54,785 nt of DNA from Octopus bimaculoides. Lineage: Eukaryota. Shown piece after piece: positions 1 to 10,945 of this stretch. Each line of letters begins with the position of its first letter. Within the stretch, counting starts at the first letter, position 1. The notes under the pieces were generated by a model. The model was not told the origin of the DNA. It saw only the letters and a list, made by a program, of their open reading frames with translations, and searched no databases. The stretch spans positions 43,626,614 through 43,681,398 of the forward strand of contig NC_068987.1 in NCBI RefSeq assembly GCF_001194135.2, in the 5' to 3' direction. The position numbers and the translations under genes are program-made.

Positions 1-145
1 AAGACTCTACAGTTCCCATGGGAGGCATAACACTTCTTCTTTCAGGGGACTTCAGGCAAACACTGCCAGTTATTCCCAAGGGGAATAGAGCTGATACAGT
101 ACGTACGTGTCTTAAGTCATCTGCATTGCTAAGACATTGTTACAA
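1..145 (+). pseudogene. Helitron PIF1-like helicase fragment
   Basis: Translates as MGGITLLLSGDFRQTLPVIPKG-RADTVRTCLKSS, the GDFRQ-LPV motif of PIF1/Helitron helicases. Similarity is lost after about 145. Confidence 0.85.
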
Positions 146-337
146 TTGTGAGAACAATAAAACAGCTTCTTCAGGGCCACCTCACATTCTATTGTTACCC
201 ACTTCTCAGAGTGCTGCAATGCTCTAGGCAAGGCTTTCTGTCCAGTTGCAAATTGATTGGTTGGTTTTCAACTTATAGCAATCTTTCCCTCAATAATCAT
301 AATTGAGTAGAATCATCAACAGTACTTTAAAACAATT

Positions 338-369
338 AAGCCCCGAGCAACGCCGGGCACTTCTGTTAG
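338..369 (+). mobile_element. Helitron 3' terminus (hairpin + TTAG|T)
   Basis: GC-rich hairpin CCCGAGCAACGCCGGG followed by cacttctgTTAG|T. Same architecture as the CTAG|T end at 8226-8254. Confidence 0.65.
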
Positions 370-637
370 TCCTTGATATAATTTTTAAAGATACTTGGTT
401 ATTATGGATTTCTGGTAATGCATGCATAATGATATATAGTAACTGGCTAGAGCGAATTGTTTGTGTGCGTGGTGTATATTCTGATAATATAAGATTTTGT
501 TGTAAAAATATTTTTACTGGCCTGCCTGCCTGCCTGCATGCATGCATGTATGTATGTATGCATACATCCATGTATGTATAAACACACATACATGTGTGTG
601 TGTGTGTATATATATATATATGTGTGTGTGTGTATAT

Positions 638-1396
638 CATCATCATCATCATCATCGTTTAACGTCCGCTTTCCATGCTAGCATGGGTTGGACGATTTGA
701 CTGAGGACTGGTGAAACCGGATGGCAACACCAGGCTCCAATCTAATTTGGCAGAGTTTCTACAGCTGGATGCCCTTCCTAACGCCAACCACTCAGAGAGT
801 GTAGTGGGTGCTTTTACGTGTCACCCGCACGAAAACGGCCACGCTCGAAATGGTGTCTTTTATGTGCCACCCGCACAAGCCAGTCCAGGGGCACTGGTAA
901 CGATCTNNNNNNNNNNNNNNNNNNNNNNNNNNNNNNNNNNNNNNNNNNNNNNNNNNNNNNNNNNNNNNNNNNNNNNNNNNNNNNNNNNNNNNNNNNNNNN
1001 NNNNNNNNNNNNNNNNNNNNNNNNNNNNNNNNNNNNNAGCCAGTCAGGCGGTACTGGCAATGGCCACGCTCAAAATGGTGCATCTCATGTGCCACCCGCA
1101 CAAGAGCCAGTCCAGGGGCACTGGCAACGATCTTACTTGGCTTACCGGGTCTTCTCACGTACAGCACATTTCCAAAGGTCTCGGTCAGTAGTCATCGCCT
1201 CGGTGAGGCCCAATGTACGAAGGTCTTGCCTCACCACCTCAGCCCAGGTCTTCCTGGGCCTACCTCTTCCACGGGTTCCCTCAACTGTTAGGGTGTGGCA
1301 CTTTTTCAGGCAGCTATCCTCATCCATTCTCACCACATGTCCATACCAGCGCAATCGTCTCTCTTGCACACCACAACTGATGCTTCTAATGTTCAT
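638..1396 (-). mobile_element. RTE-clade LINE, 5'-truncated young copy (ORF C-terminus + 3' UTR + (GAT)n tail)
   Basis: Minus-strand ORF end ERRLRWYGHVVRMDE...VEGTRGRGRPRKTW is typical of RTE. The (CAT)n tail lies on + at 638-656. Near-identical to 51464-52294. Confidence 0.92.
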
Positions 1397-1560
1397 ATAT
1401 ATGTGTGTGTGTGTGTATGTGCTTGTGTTTATTTGTATATGTGCATTGCTTGGATATGTGTGCGTATGTGTGTATAGGTATATGTGGCTATGTATAGATA
1501 TATGTGTATCACCTGTACTTTTGGTTTTTCATTTAATTTAACCTTACCTGTATAATTTTA

Positions 1561-2366
1561 CTAGCTTAAAAGCCACCCTATTCGGTGGCTTTTAAGTTAG
1601 TATAGAGCTTTTAAGCAACTGATCCTGAATGGGAAGATCTGCAAACAGATCTCTGACTTGGTTTGGAGAATTTGTTGCAATTGCTTCCTCCAGAGTCATA
1701 TCCCAGTGATGATCATATTCATTGCAAAAATATCATGTAAAAAAATCACCGAAAACAATCGCAGTAATGAAAACATAGGAATCCAAAATTTCAGAATTAC
1801 AAGTCCAGATTTGACCAGAAATGTTTTTAATTTACTCACGGAGTTAGCCTTTAGATTATAAAAATAATTATCATAGAAAACAACTTTGTTGCAAAAAGTC
1901 ATGTGAAAAAATCGCCGAAAACAATCACTGTAATGGAAACTTGGGAATCCAACATTTCAAGGTTGTGGGTCCGGATTTGGCCCGGAATATTTTTAATTTA
2001 CTCATAGAGTCAACCCGATTCCAAAATTGTATGATATGTTGGGCTACGGCCTCGAGGAGTAAAGTGGAAAAAGTATGACATACTGACATTCACATTTATT
2101 ATATTATATTATTATATTAAGGCAGCGAGCTGGCAGAATTGTTAGCACGCTGGGTGAAATGCTCAGCAGTATTTTGTCTGCTGCTAGGTTTTGAGTTTGC
2201 CTTTCATCCTTTCGAGGTTGATAAAATTAGTACCAGTTATGTACTGGAGTCAATGTAATTGACTTAATCCTTTCCCCAAAAATTTGAGGCCTTGTACTTC
2301 CAGTAGAAAGGATTTATTAAAGTTGCAAAAGTGTGACACACTGACATTCACATTTATTATATTAGA
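1561..2366 (-). mobile_element. Non-autonomous Helitron
   Basis: On the minus strand the 5' end is A|TCTAATATAATAAA (2367/2366) and the 3' end is a GCCACC-N6-GGTGGC hairpin + CTAG|T (1561/1560). There is an internal ~170-bp tandem duplication (~1720-2010). Confidence 0.6.
2119..2320 (+). mobile_element. tRNA-derived SINE (octopus family with Deu/Nin-like core)
   Basis: A-box-like TGGCAGAATTGTTAG, core TTTGCCTTTCATCCTTTCGAGGTTGATAAAATTAGTACC and an ATT-rich end. Many copies in the window. Confidence 0.8.
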
Positions 2367-2668
2367 TATGTTTAATTTTGGGTAAACTTTATTTCAATTA
2401 AAGTGAATTGTATGTGTGTGGGAGGGGGTATTAAAGAAAGCAAAAAAAAAAAATAAAACAAAAATGATATTCAGTATGCTGGCGACAGGAATTTCTGTCA
2501 AAGAGACATGGTTAAACAAAGTTGAACATCATCTCCCTCTTTCTCTCACATACCCACTCTTTCTTTCTCTTTTATTATTACTTTCACTGCCACCATCAAC
2601 ACTACTACTTTTAATAAAACATCATCAACTCCCCCTAAATTTCTTTATCTCCCATTTTCTCCCTCACT

Positions 2669-2669
<1 letters not shown>

Positions 2670-2720
<51 letters not shown>
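2670..2720. repeat. (CT)n microsatellite
   Basis: Perfect CT run. Confidence 0.95.
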
Positions 2721-2722
<2 letters not shown>

Positions 2723-2799
2723 TCACCACCGTCTCTATGCCTACTATTACTCTCACGGCATCATGAAGAATAGTACAAGTGTCATTGAATAGTGAGAGA

Positions 2800-2859
2800 G
2801 GAGGTCTAAGTGTGACACACTAACACACAGAAATTAGTTTTCACATTTATTATATTAGA
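2800..2859 (-). mobile_element. Helitron-like 5' terminus, related to the one at 2330-2366
   Basis: Shares AAGTGTGACACACT...CACATTTATTATATTAGAT with 2330-2367; reads A|TCTAATATAATAAA on minus. Confidence 0.5.
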
Positions 2860-3594
2860 TATAGTTCAGAATTACCCTGTCCAATCTCTAATTAAATTTC
2901 CACTAATGTGTGTGCAGAATATATATGCAGGTATGTATGTGGGTGTATATATATATGTGTGTGTCTGTATGTATATGTATCTCTGTGTGTATGTATATCT
3001 GTGTGTATATGTATGTAAGTACATGTATATATGTATAACATGGTCTGGTTTTCATGTTTGTTATAGTATTTCAAAAAAGTTTAAATTTTTTACTATGTTG
3101 AAGTGTGTTAAACATTAAAAAAAAAACTTTGTAATGTTCATAAAGTTCAATTAGCACTTTCAAAATATATTTAACTGACAGTTGAGTTCTTAACAACTGT
3201 AGTAAAATGATGGACTTCTTCCTTTTTGTACCTCTTAGAAGGCTCCAACAAGCCAAATTTTGGAATACAGTTTTGACCAATGAGCATGCAGCTTAAACAT
3301 CACAGCTTGCCAGGCGTACTGATATTACTGGCATAGATCCCACATTTATTTTAACCAATTAGCTTGCAGTTTACACGTAATGGTTTTATGAGTGAGCAAA
3401 CTTAGTTGGTTTCGATCATTTTTATTTCAATTGGTGGGAGTCTTCTGTAATTTGTTTATATTCATATGTTAAAGATATTTTTTAATCCACATCATTAACT
3501 GCTCGTTACATTATTGTTGTTATTACCATTCAGAACAGGTTTATACATTTTAATAAACCATTTTTCTTTTAACTTTTTTCCAACATCACTTGTG

Positions 3595-4090
3595 TCATGT
3601 AGTTTGTGGAAAAGAATAATTAGAAACATTTTCACTCAATGGAATTTGGCGAACATTAGTGTTCTGGATTTGTTGTCTGTGGACTTGTGAGCATTCCAAT
3701 AATGCATTCTCTGTCTCACCAATACATAGTTCCTCGCAATTGGGGCATTCAATGCAGTAGATCAAATTTCTGCTTTTGCAGTTCATATGTGCATTTGGGA
3801 AAATCTGTCTATTTTTTGTTCTAATGGATCTACCAGTATGCATGTATTTACACAATCCACATCTGTTATCATTACACTTGGATACAGTGAATGATTTATC
3901 CTGTTTGTTCATAGTTGAATTTTACCTTTGTTAATAGTTTCTCTAGGTTATGTGGTTGCCTTTTGCTTAAGATAAGTGTTTGATTAGTTATTACATTTAA
4001 AAATTTTTCACTTTGTTTCATGATTGGCAAATTTGTTTTGATGACGTTAAAAATGTTTTGGTGATGTGGATTGTGTGTTACTAGAAATTT
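3595..4090 (-). mobile_element. Penelope-like element fragment (linker + CxxC fingers + GIY-YIG endonuclease N-half)
   Basis: KCNDNRCGLC...NCKSRNLIYCIECPNCEELCIGET...HRQQI is a degenerate GIY-YIG. Upstream LVTHNPHHQNIFNVIKTNLPI is a typical PLE linker. Confidence 0.8.
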
Positions 4091-4356
4091 ATAAAAGAAT
4101 TTATATTTTTTTTAAATACCATAATAAAAAACATGGAAACCAGACCATGTTTTAACTTTATTCAACTCATATATTATTCTATACACATTTGGAAAATATA
4201 TATATATTTATATTAAGAGTTAGTTGTAATTGACTTATTGAATTTATTTACCAATACATTTGTGCATAGGGTAAATGTGTTTGAAAGTTATGGTTTCTTT
4301 GGTATGTTTGTTCCCAAACAACACTTATTTTAGTGCTGTTGACACTGCCAGCTTGA

Positions 4357-4414
4357 ATGGTACTGCCCAGGCGTCGAAACCATAATGATATCTATGGAGC
4401 AGCTGATGATGGAA
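4357..4414 (+). CDS. Candidate ATG-containing exon (MVLPRRRNHNDIYGAADDG+1 nt), possibly the first coding exon of the TMC gene
   Basis: Acceptor ttattttAG at 4332-4333, in-frame TGA immediately before ATG 4357, donor GTATGT at 4415. Non-repetitive, GC-enriched island. No homology support. Confidence 0.3.
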
Positions 4415-5169
4415 GTATGTTGGATTGTTGGTACGGCTGTTTTTGTATATGTGAAATAGTATTATAACACATCCATTTGATGTGTGTGTGTGTGTGTGCA
4501 TGCGTGTGTGTGTGTGTGTGTGTGCGCAGGCGTGTGACTGTATGTCTGTGTATATATACATATATTTAAACATATAAGTGTCTAAATATATGTGTATTAT
4601 GTTACATGTATGCATGTAAACACCTATGTGTATATGAGGATGAGGTTGCATACATATATACATGTGTGCATATGTATGTATAAGTATGTACATACATTTG
4701 CATACATATATGCATGTATGCATATGTATGAATAAGTATGTACATACACATATATGCTTGTGTGAGTGTGTATGTGCATGTACATATGCATGTTTGTGTG
4801 AGTGTGTACATATGTAGACGTGAACGCAGGAGGTTTATATCCATGTATTGTGAGAATAGGTTGTGTGTATTTTTTCTCTTTTCTCTTTTTCTTTGTCTAT
4901 GTATTAGAGTAACTTCGCTTTTATTCAACGGTCTTTCATAGTGTCTGTTGCCATTAGTAGGCAACGAGAATGCATCAGAGCTCTTTGCTTCAACATTTGA
5001 AACTCCGAGTACTATAATGACAACCTTTTACTGTTTGTTTTATATTATAATATATATATAATATAAATAATATGTATATATAATTTGGTGTTAGTGTTAT
5101 TTTCATTCTTGTGTAATTTAGATGACAATTTATTTATTCACCACACCCTGTGTATATATCTATATATAT

Positions 5170-5219
<50 letters not shown>

Positions 5220-5223
5220 GTAT

Positions 5224-5279
<56 letters not shown>

Positions 5280-5975
5280 CAGTAAATTTCGTAATCGCTA
5301 CCAATATAGCATAAGACTACACCTCAAAGGATCATTTATTAGATTCCTTAAGGGTCGTTATCATTGTTTCTATTTCCAAGGTTTCAAATTTGTATGTTTA
5401 AAAATGTAGAGACTCACAACNNNNNNNNNNNNNNNNNNNNNNNNNNNNNNNNNNNNNNNNNNNNNNNNNNNNNNNNNNNNNNNNNNNNNNNNNNNNNNNN
5501 NNNNNNNNNNNNNNNNNNNNACTTCTTAAAGCACGTGTATTTGTTTATGTTTCTGAAGAAGATCGTCGGTGTGTACTTACGACGTTCCACTATCGTTAGA
5601 AAAAAGCAGAGCAATTTCCTTTCTTGATGCTCCTGGTGACTCAGGTATAACATTTGTAACATTGCTTCTCTCCAAAGTAAGGCAACAAAAGAAAAAATTG
5701 CAGTTGCTGTACCACTGTCTGCCTTTGCTGCCACCATTCTCCCAGGAGGACGAGCAGCTCATTCTGCTTTTAAATTACCACTAAACCTGGTCACAAGTGA
5801 CAGTCCAATATGTAACATAAGCAAAGATTCAGGTTCAGCAGAAGTGTTGTGCCAATACCACCTTATCATTTGGGAAGAATGTACCATGTCACATAGAGGT
5901 GAAATGGAAGTTCTTGGTAACACCTTACAGGACATCAGAGGCAACAACAAATTTATGGGAGGAGTTACATTAGTT

Positions 5976-7093
5976 TGTAGTGAAACTACCTCCCGCCATT
6001 AGATACAAACTACTATCGCCATTACATACAATCTTCTCATTTAAATATAAATAAATGCGAGCGTAGTAGAGAACCCATTCCTTGTCATCACGGGACTGAT
6101 TATTATTCGAATCGGCAACTTCTTCGAACCTTTCCCGCCAGAACGCAAACTGACCAATCACAGCCCCTAATAAGGTCACGTGATAGAGTATTAAACTGAA
6201 GCCTTCGGGAGCCAATAGTTTGTTATAAATAGCTTTAACTCATACCCAACAAATTTGTCTCGGTCCAGTTTCTCTTNNNNNNNNNNNNNNNNNNNNNNNN
6301 NNNNNNNNNNNNNNNNNNNNNNNNNNNNNNNNNNNNNNNNNNNNNNNNNNNNNNNNNNNNNNNNNNNNNNNNNNNNNNNNNNNNNNNNNNNNNNNNNNNN
6401 NNNNNNNNNNNNNNNNNNNNNNNNNNNNNNNNNNNNNNNNNNNNNNNNNNNNNNNNNNNNNNNNNNNNNNNNNNNNNNNNNNNNNNNNNNNNNNNNNNNN
6501 NNNNNNNNNNNNNNNNNNNNNNNNNNNNNNNNNNNNNNNNNNNNNNNNNNNNNNNNNNNNNNNNNNNNNNNNNNNNNNNNNNNNNNNNNNNNNNNNNNNN
6601 NNNNNNNNNNNNNNNNNNNNNNNNNNNNNNNNNNNNNNNNNNNNNNNNNNNNNNNNNNNNNNNNNNNNNNNNNNNNNNNNNNNNNNNNNNNNNNNNNNNN
6701 NNNNNNNNNNNNNNNNNNNNNNNNNNNNNNNNNNNNNNNNNNNNNNNNNNNNNNNNNNNNNNNNNNNNNNCATACACACATGTATCACTCACATACACAC
6801 TTTTCTTTGTATGACGGCCTGTTTTTGATTATGTTATTATATGTCGCATTCACACTCTCACATAGACATACATCTTTAACGCTACAATAAATATCTCTGT
6901 TATTCATCTTATACGGTTGTGGTCTTTCATTACTGGTCACATATGTTATCGTCGCATAACATATCATGTATATCATCATCTTTGATATATATTTGTATGT
7001 TCGACCGTGTGACACGTTTAAATAAAAGGAGTCCTCTGTTTTTCCATTCGTCACCATTTCTCCTTTTATGAGTTCGCACGGTTGTCCCTTACA
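5976..7093 (+). mobile_element. Solo LTR (Ty3/gypsy-like), with an internal N gap
   Basis: Termini TGTAG...TTACA, 4-bp TSD AGTT (5972-5975, 7094-7097), TATA at 6224, AATAAA at 6886 and 7021. Its removal restores GGVTLVLSGDFRQ. Confidence 0.85.
6131..6231 (+). promoter_or_regulatory. Putative Pol II promoter in LTR U3 (E2F-like, CCAAT, E-box, CCAAT, TATA)
   Basis: TTTCCCGC 6131, CCAAT 6154, GTCACGTGA 6175, CCAAT 6212, TATAAAT 6224; CpG-rich. Motif presence only. Confidence 0.5.
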
Positions 7094-8252
7094 AGTTTTA
7101 TCAGGAGACTTCAGACAGACATTACCAGTCATTATGAGACAAACAAGGTCTGATAAAATTAAAGCATGCATTAAGTCTTCACACCTACGGAATAAAGTAA
7201 TGAAATTCTCCTTCAATACTAATGTGCAAGCTTCATTACATGGGGACTGATGTGCGAAACAGTTTTCAACTTGGCTCCTCCAATTAGGAAATGGGAAAGT
7301 ACCATTTGATGGGAACAATGATATCAGTTTGGCTCATATTGCTATCATGGTGAATTCCCCAGCTGAATTGAAGTACAAGGTATTTCCAGACTTACATAAT
7401 AATTATAATTCACATAAATGGTTGTGTGAAAAGGCAATTTATACTTCAAAAAATGACACAGTAGCAAGAATTAACCATGAATTAAATGAGATTCCAACAG
7501 TCATTAAGAAGTACAAATCAGTTGATTCAGTCCTTGATGAAAATCAAGTTGTCCATTAACCAACAGAGTTCATTAATTCTTTGGAGCCACCTGCAATTCC
7601 ACCACACTAACTTTTCCTGAATGTAGGAGTCCCAATAATGCTTCTAAGAAATTTAGATCCTCCTAAATTATGTGATTGGACAAGGTGAAGACATTATCAC
7701 CTAATGTGACAGAAACTACCATCATCACTGGATGTGCCTCTGGGGAAGAGGCTTTCATTGCAAGAATTAAATCAAATCAACAGACATGCCCTTTCAGTTC
7801 AAACGAACACAATTCCCAGTATGACTTCACTTTGCAATGTCTATTCATAAAGATCAAGGTCAGTCTTTGAAATCTACTGATTTGCATTTCTTATAGTCAA
7901 CTTTGTTGGTTGCTCCAGGGTAATTTGCAAGACTTATTTGTCTATGCTCCATACCAGAAAATGAAAGAGTGTTGTTTACCCAGCTCTTACGTAATTTCTT
8001 TTAACATATGTGGTAGAATTTATCTCCTTTCATAAAAGTGGTAAATTTTATGTTTTTGTTTATTATTATTATTATTATTATTATTTTGTATTATGAATTC
8101 AGAATTGATTTCCCAATTAAAGAATAAATTGTATCCCAATTGAAGAATAAATTGAATTTACAATAACAAATTTCTATACAACATATTTTGCTTTTGTCTT
8201 CCAATATGTAAGGAAAAATTTAATTCCCAGGCAATGCTGGGTGCCTCTGCTA

Positions 8253-8301
<49 letters not shown>

Positions 8302-8619
8302 TACACATATATAGGCATTTTTCAGAAAGTTGTAAAGAAACAGTCTTAACTGTAGCTACTCTACAAACCCAACAGATTTAAAAAAAAAAAAAAAATACAA
8401 ACATGAATGTCATTAAATTCTTTAAAGATGTATACACAATAATGAATTAAATATGTATATATAGTAAAAATATCTCACAAGAATTTGTTGGGTCCCATCT
8501 GCATGGTACCTTTGGTGCTCTTTGAGAGGAATTACAGGATTTCTTGTTTCATCACTTTGTTTTTCATGATCATTTTAGTGTAATTCTCACTACTTGTTAA
8601 TTATATGTATACTTTATAC

Positions 8620-8790
8620 TATGTTTCAGTCATTAGGCTGTAGCCATGCTGGGGTACCTCCTTGAAGATTTTAGTCAAACAAATTGCCCCTACTACTATT
8701 TTTTAAAGTACTTATTCTATTGGTTTCTTTTGTTGAACTAACTTATTGGGAATAAAGTAAGCCAACACTGGTTGCCAAGCAGTAAAGGGG
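8620..8790 (-). mobile_element. SINE-like repeat (family with 3' end ...CAGCATGGCYACAGCCTAATGACTGAAAC)
   Basis: Related copies at ~35720-35880 and ~47335-47395. Confidence 0.6.
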
Positions 8791-8857
8791 CAAGCATACA
8801 CAAAAATATATGTATGTGTAAAACCTACATCTACACACATACACGATGCAAGCACAG

Positions 8858-9010
8858 GAGTAGCTGTTTAGTAAAAAGTTTGTTTCCCAGCCACATGCTT
8901 CTAGGTTCTATCCCAGTGTTGTGTTGTGCCATCTTAGGCAAGTGTCTTGGCCCCAGGCTAACTGAAACCTTGTGACTGGATTTGGTAGACAGAAAGTGAG
9001 AGAAGCCCTA
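8858..9010 (+). mobile_element. tRNA-derived CORE-like SINE
   Basis: tRNA-like head, TTAGGCAAGTGTCTT core, and GGATTTGGTAGACAGAAA...GAAGCCC 3' part shared with 16700-16862. Confidence 0.65.
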
Positions 9011-9375
9011 ATGCATTCTCCTATGCTAGTGTCACATAAAAAGCACCCTTGCTGGCATCACATAAAGAATACCCATGCTGGCACCATGTAAAGAGCATAT
9101 GTACCAACGCCGTGTAAAGAGCACCCATGCTGGCACCATGTAAATTGCACACATGTTAGTGTCACATGATAAAGCATCTATGTTGGTACCATGTGAGAGT
9201 GCCATGTACAAAGCACCCAGTACATTCTGTAAAATGGTTGGTGTTAGGAAGGGCATCCAGCCATAGAAACCATGCCAAAACAGACAACTAGAGCCTAGTG
9301 CAGCCCTCAGGCTTGCCAGCTCCTGTCAAACTGTTCAACCACTACCAGCATTGAAAATGGATGTTATAGATGGTG
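9010..9375 (+). mobile_element. Old RTE 3' UTR fragment with ~26-bp internal tandem repeats
   Basis: GGTTGGTGTTAGGAAGGGCATCCAGC and CCAGCAT..GAAAATGGATGTTA match the RTE 3' end. Repeated CACATAAA.AGCACCC.TGCTGGCA units. Confidence 0.7.
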
Positions 9376-9615
9376 GGTTTGATTTCTGGACCAGGCGGTG
9401 CATTCTGTTCTTAGGTAAAACACTTCACTTCATGTTGCTCCAGTCCACTATGCTGTAAATAGGTAATCCTGCAATAGAATAGTTTTCTGACCAGAGGGAA
9501 TGTTGGCCTGCTTGCCTAGCTAGTGGGCTGGTATCATTCAAGACCTAAAATGATGTGATGCACATTGTGACCAGCAACGTATAACAACATTTGATTGTCT
9601 GGTTGATACCATGAC
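9376..9615 (+). mobile_element. Degenerate SINE (second CORE-like family)
   Basis: B-box-like GTTTGATTTC followed by AAAACACTTCACTTCATGTTGCTCCAGTCCACT. Confidence 0.45.
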
Positions 9616-10180
9616 ACTATGAAATATTCATGTGTGTGTGTGTATACATATATATTAATAATAATAATGATAATCTATGGATGGAATTTATAAATATTCT
9701 AATGCATTACTACGCACATTTCCACAAAGCACGTGTTTCTTATGACCATAGTCCGTATTCCTGAGATGATTACAGTACAGTCTGTAATATCATTGGGCAT
9801 CAGGTGGATCTTAGTTCATGAATTCATTTCTTCAATTGATATGGCATTAAAGTTGGAAGTAACTAAAGGATGTTTATCAATTTTCACCAATCAAAAGGTT
9901 CATTGGAGTATGTGGGAAAACGAGAAGGTGATGGAAGGCGAAAGAAATGGTAATGATGGAGAGGTGTGGTGAGACTAAACTTGTGATATTTGTGTGTGCA
10001 CATGTTAGGGTAGGTGGTGTAGGTCATTGTTTTGACCTTAGTCACAGTAGTGAATTCAGTTGTAGGTCCAGAAGGCAAACTTTGTTTTGGTGTGTGAATT
10101 GACAAATGATGTTCTCTTAAACTTTAAGAGAACATCGGCTGGATGCGGCCCACGGGCCATTCATGCTTTAAGACTTAAAG

Positions 10181-10424
10181 CATGTATGGGCAACCTGCGG
10201 CCCTCAACATGCTACTGTGTGGCCCTCGATGAGTTTCTAGGTTACTAATTTCATACTATGACAAATAAAATTTCGTACTAAAACAAATAAAATTCAGAAA
10301 AACTGCAAAAAATTCAGTGTAAAGTGGGCAAGTAATATTTCATACATATGTGTTTTATAGTGTGGCCCACTCCCACTTAGAAATGGTACGATGCAGCCCC
10401 AGTTGACGAAAAATTACCCATCCC
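10181..10424. mobile_element. hAT-like MITE
   Basis: Ends CATGTATGGGCAA / TTACCCATCCC, subterminal TGCGGCCC motifs, and near-identical 8-bp flanks ACTTAAAG / CCTTAAAG. Confidence 0.5.
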
Positions 10425-10901
10425 TTAAAGGGTCCTTTTAATTACTTCTGGTGGTACAATGATATAGTATAGGAAAATGGTTCTTCCCTTGTTCTTTTAG
10501 ATGTTATGATGGTTAGTGCTTTTGTTTCATAAGGTTCTGTTTGAATTCTGGGAAGGATACCATAGTCTTATGTTTGCAAGATACAATTACTTTGGAATGT
10601 CTATTAATTAGGTTTTCCCTGGATTTGATGATCTCCAGGGTTTCCTCTATACATAAATTACACATCCGTGACGTTCTGTTGTATAGTCTATCTTCTTATT
10701 TATGTGTGTGTGTCTTCATGTTGCACCCCACCACCACTATAATAAATACCAGGCTTTTAAAATGATGCATACTGGAATTGATTCATTTGATCAAAAGCCT
10801 GTAAGGCAAGGCAATGCTCCAGAATGACTGCAGTCCAGTGACACACACACATACATACATACATATGTATGTATGTATGTATATATACATATGTATGTAT
10901 G

Positions 10902-10945
<44 letters not shown>

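Larger units (their letters stand above)
5560..8253 (+). mobile_element. Decayed autonomous-type Helitron (helicase domain to 3' end), interrupted by a solo LTR
   Basis: FLDAPG, AATILPGGRAAHSAFKLP, IIWEECTMSH, GG-TLVLSGDFRQ, EFINSLEP, IMLLRNLDPPKLC, AMSIHKDQGQSL, with stops and frameshifts. Ends in hairpin CCCAGGCAATGCTGGG + CTAG|T (8250-8254). Confidence 0.9.

Noticed and set aside
9733-10105. Overlapping short ORFs in a non-repetitive stretch
   Set aside because: No homology signal or compatible splice sites in the frames I tested.
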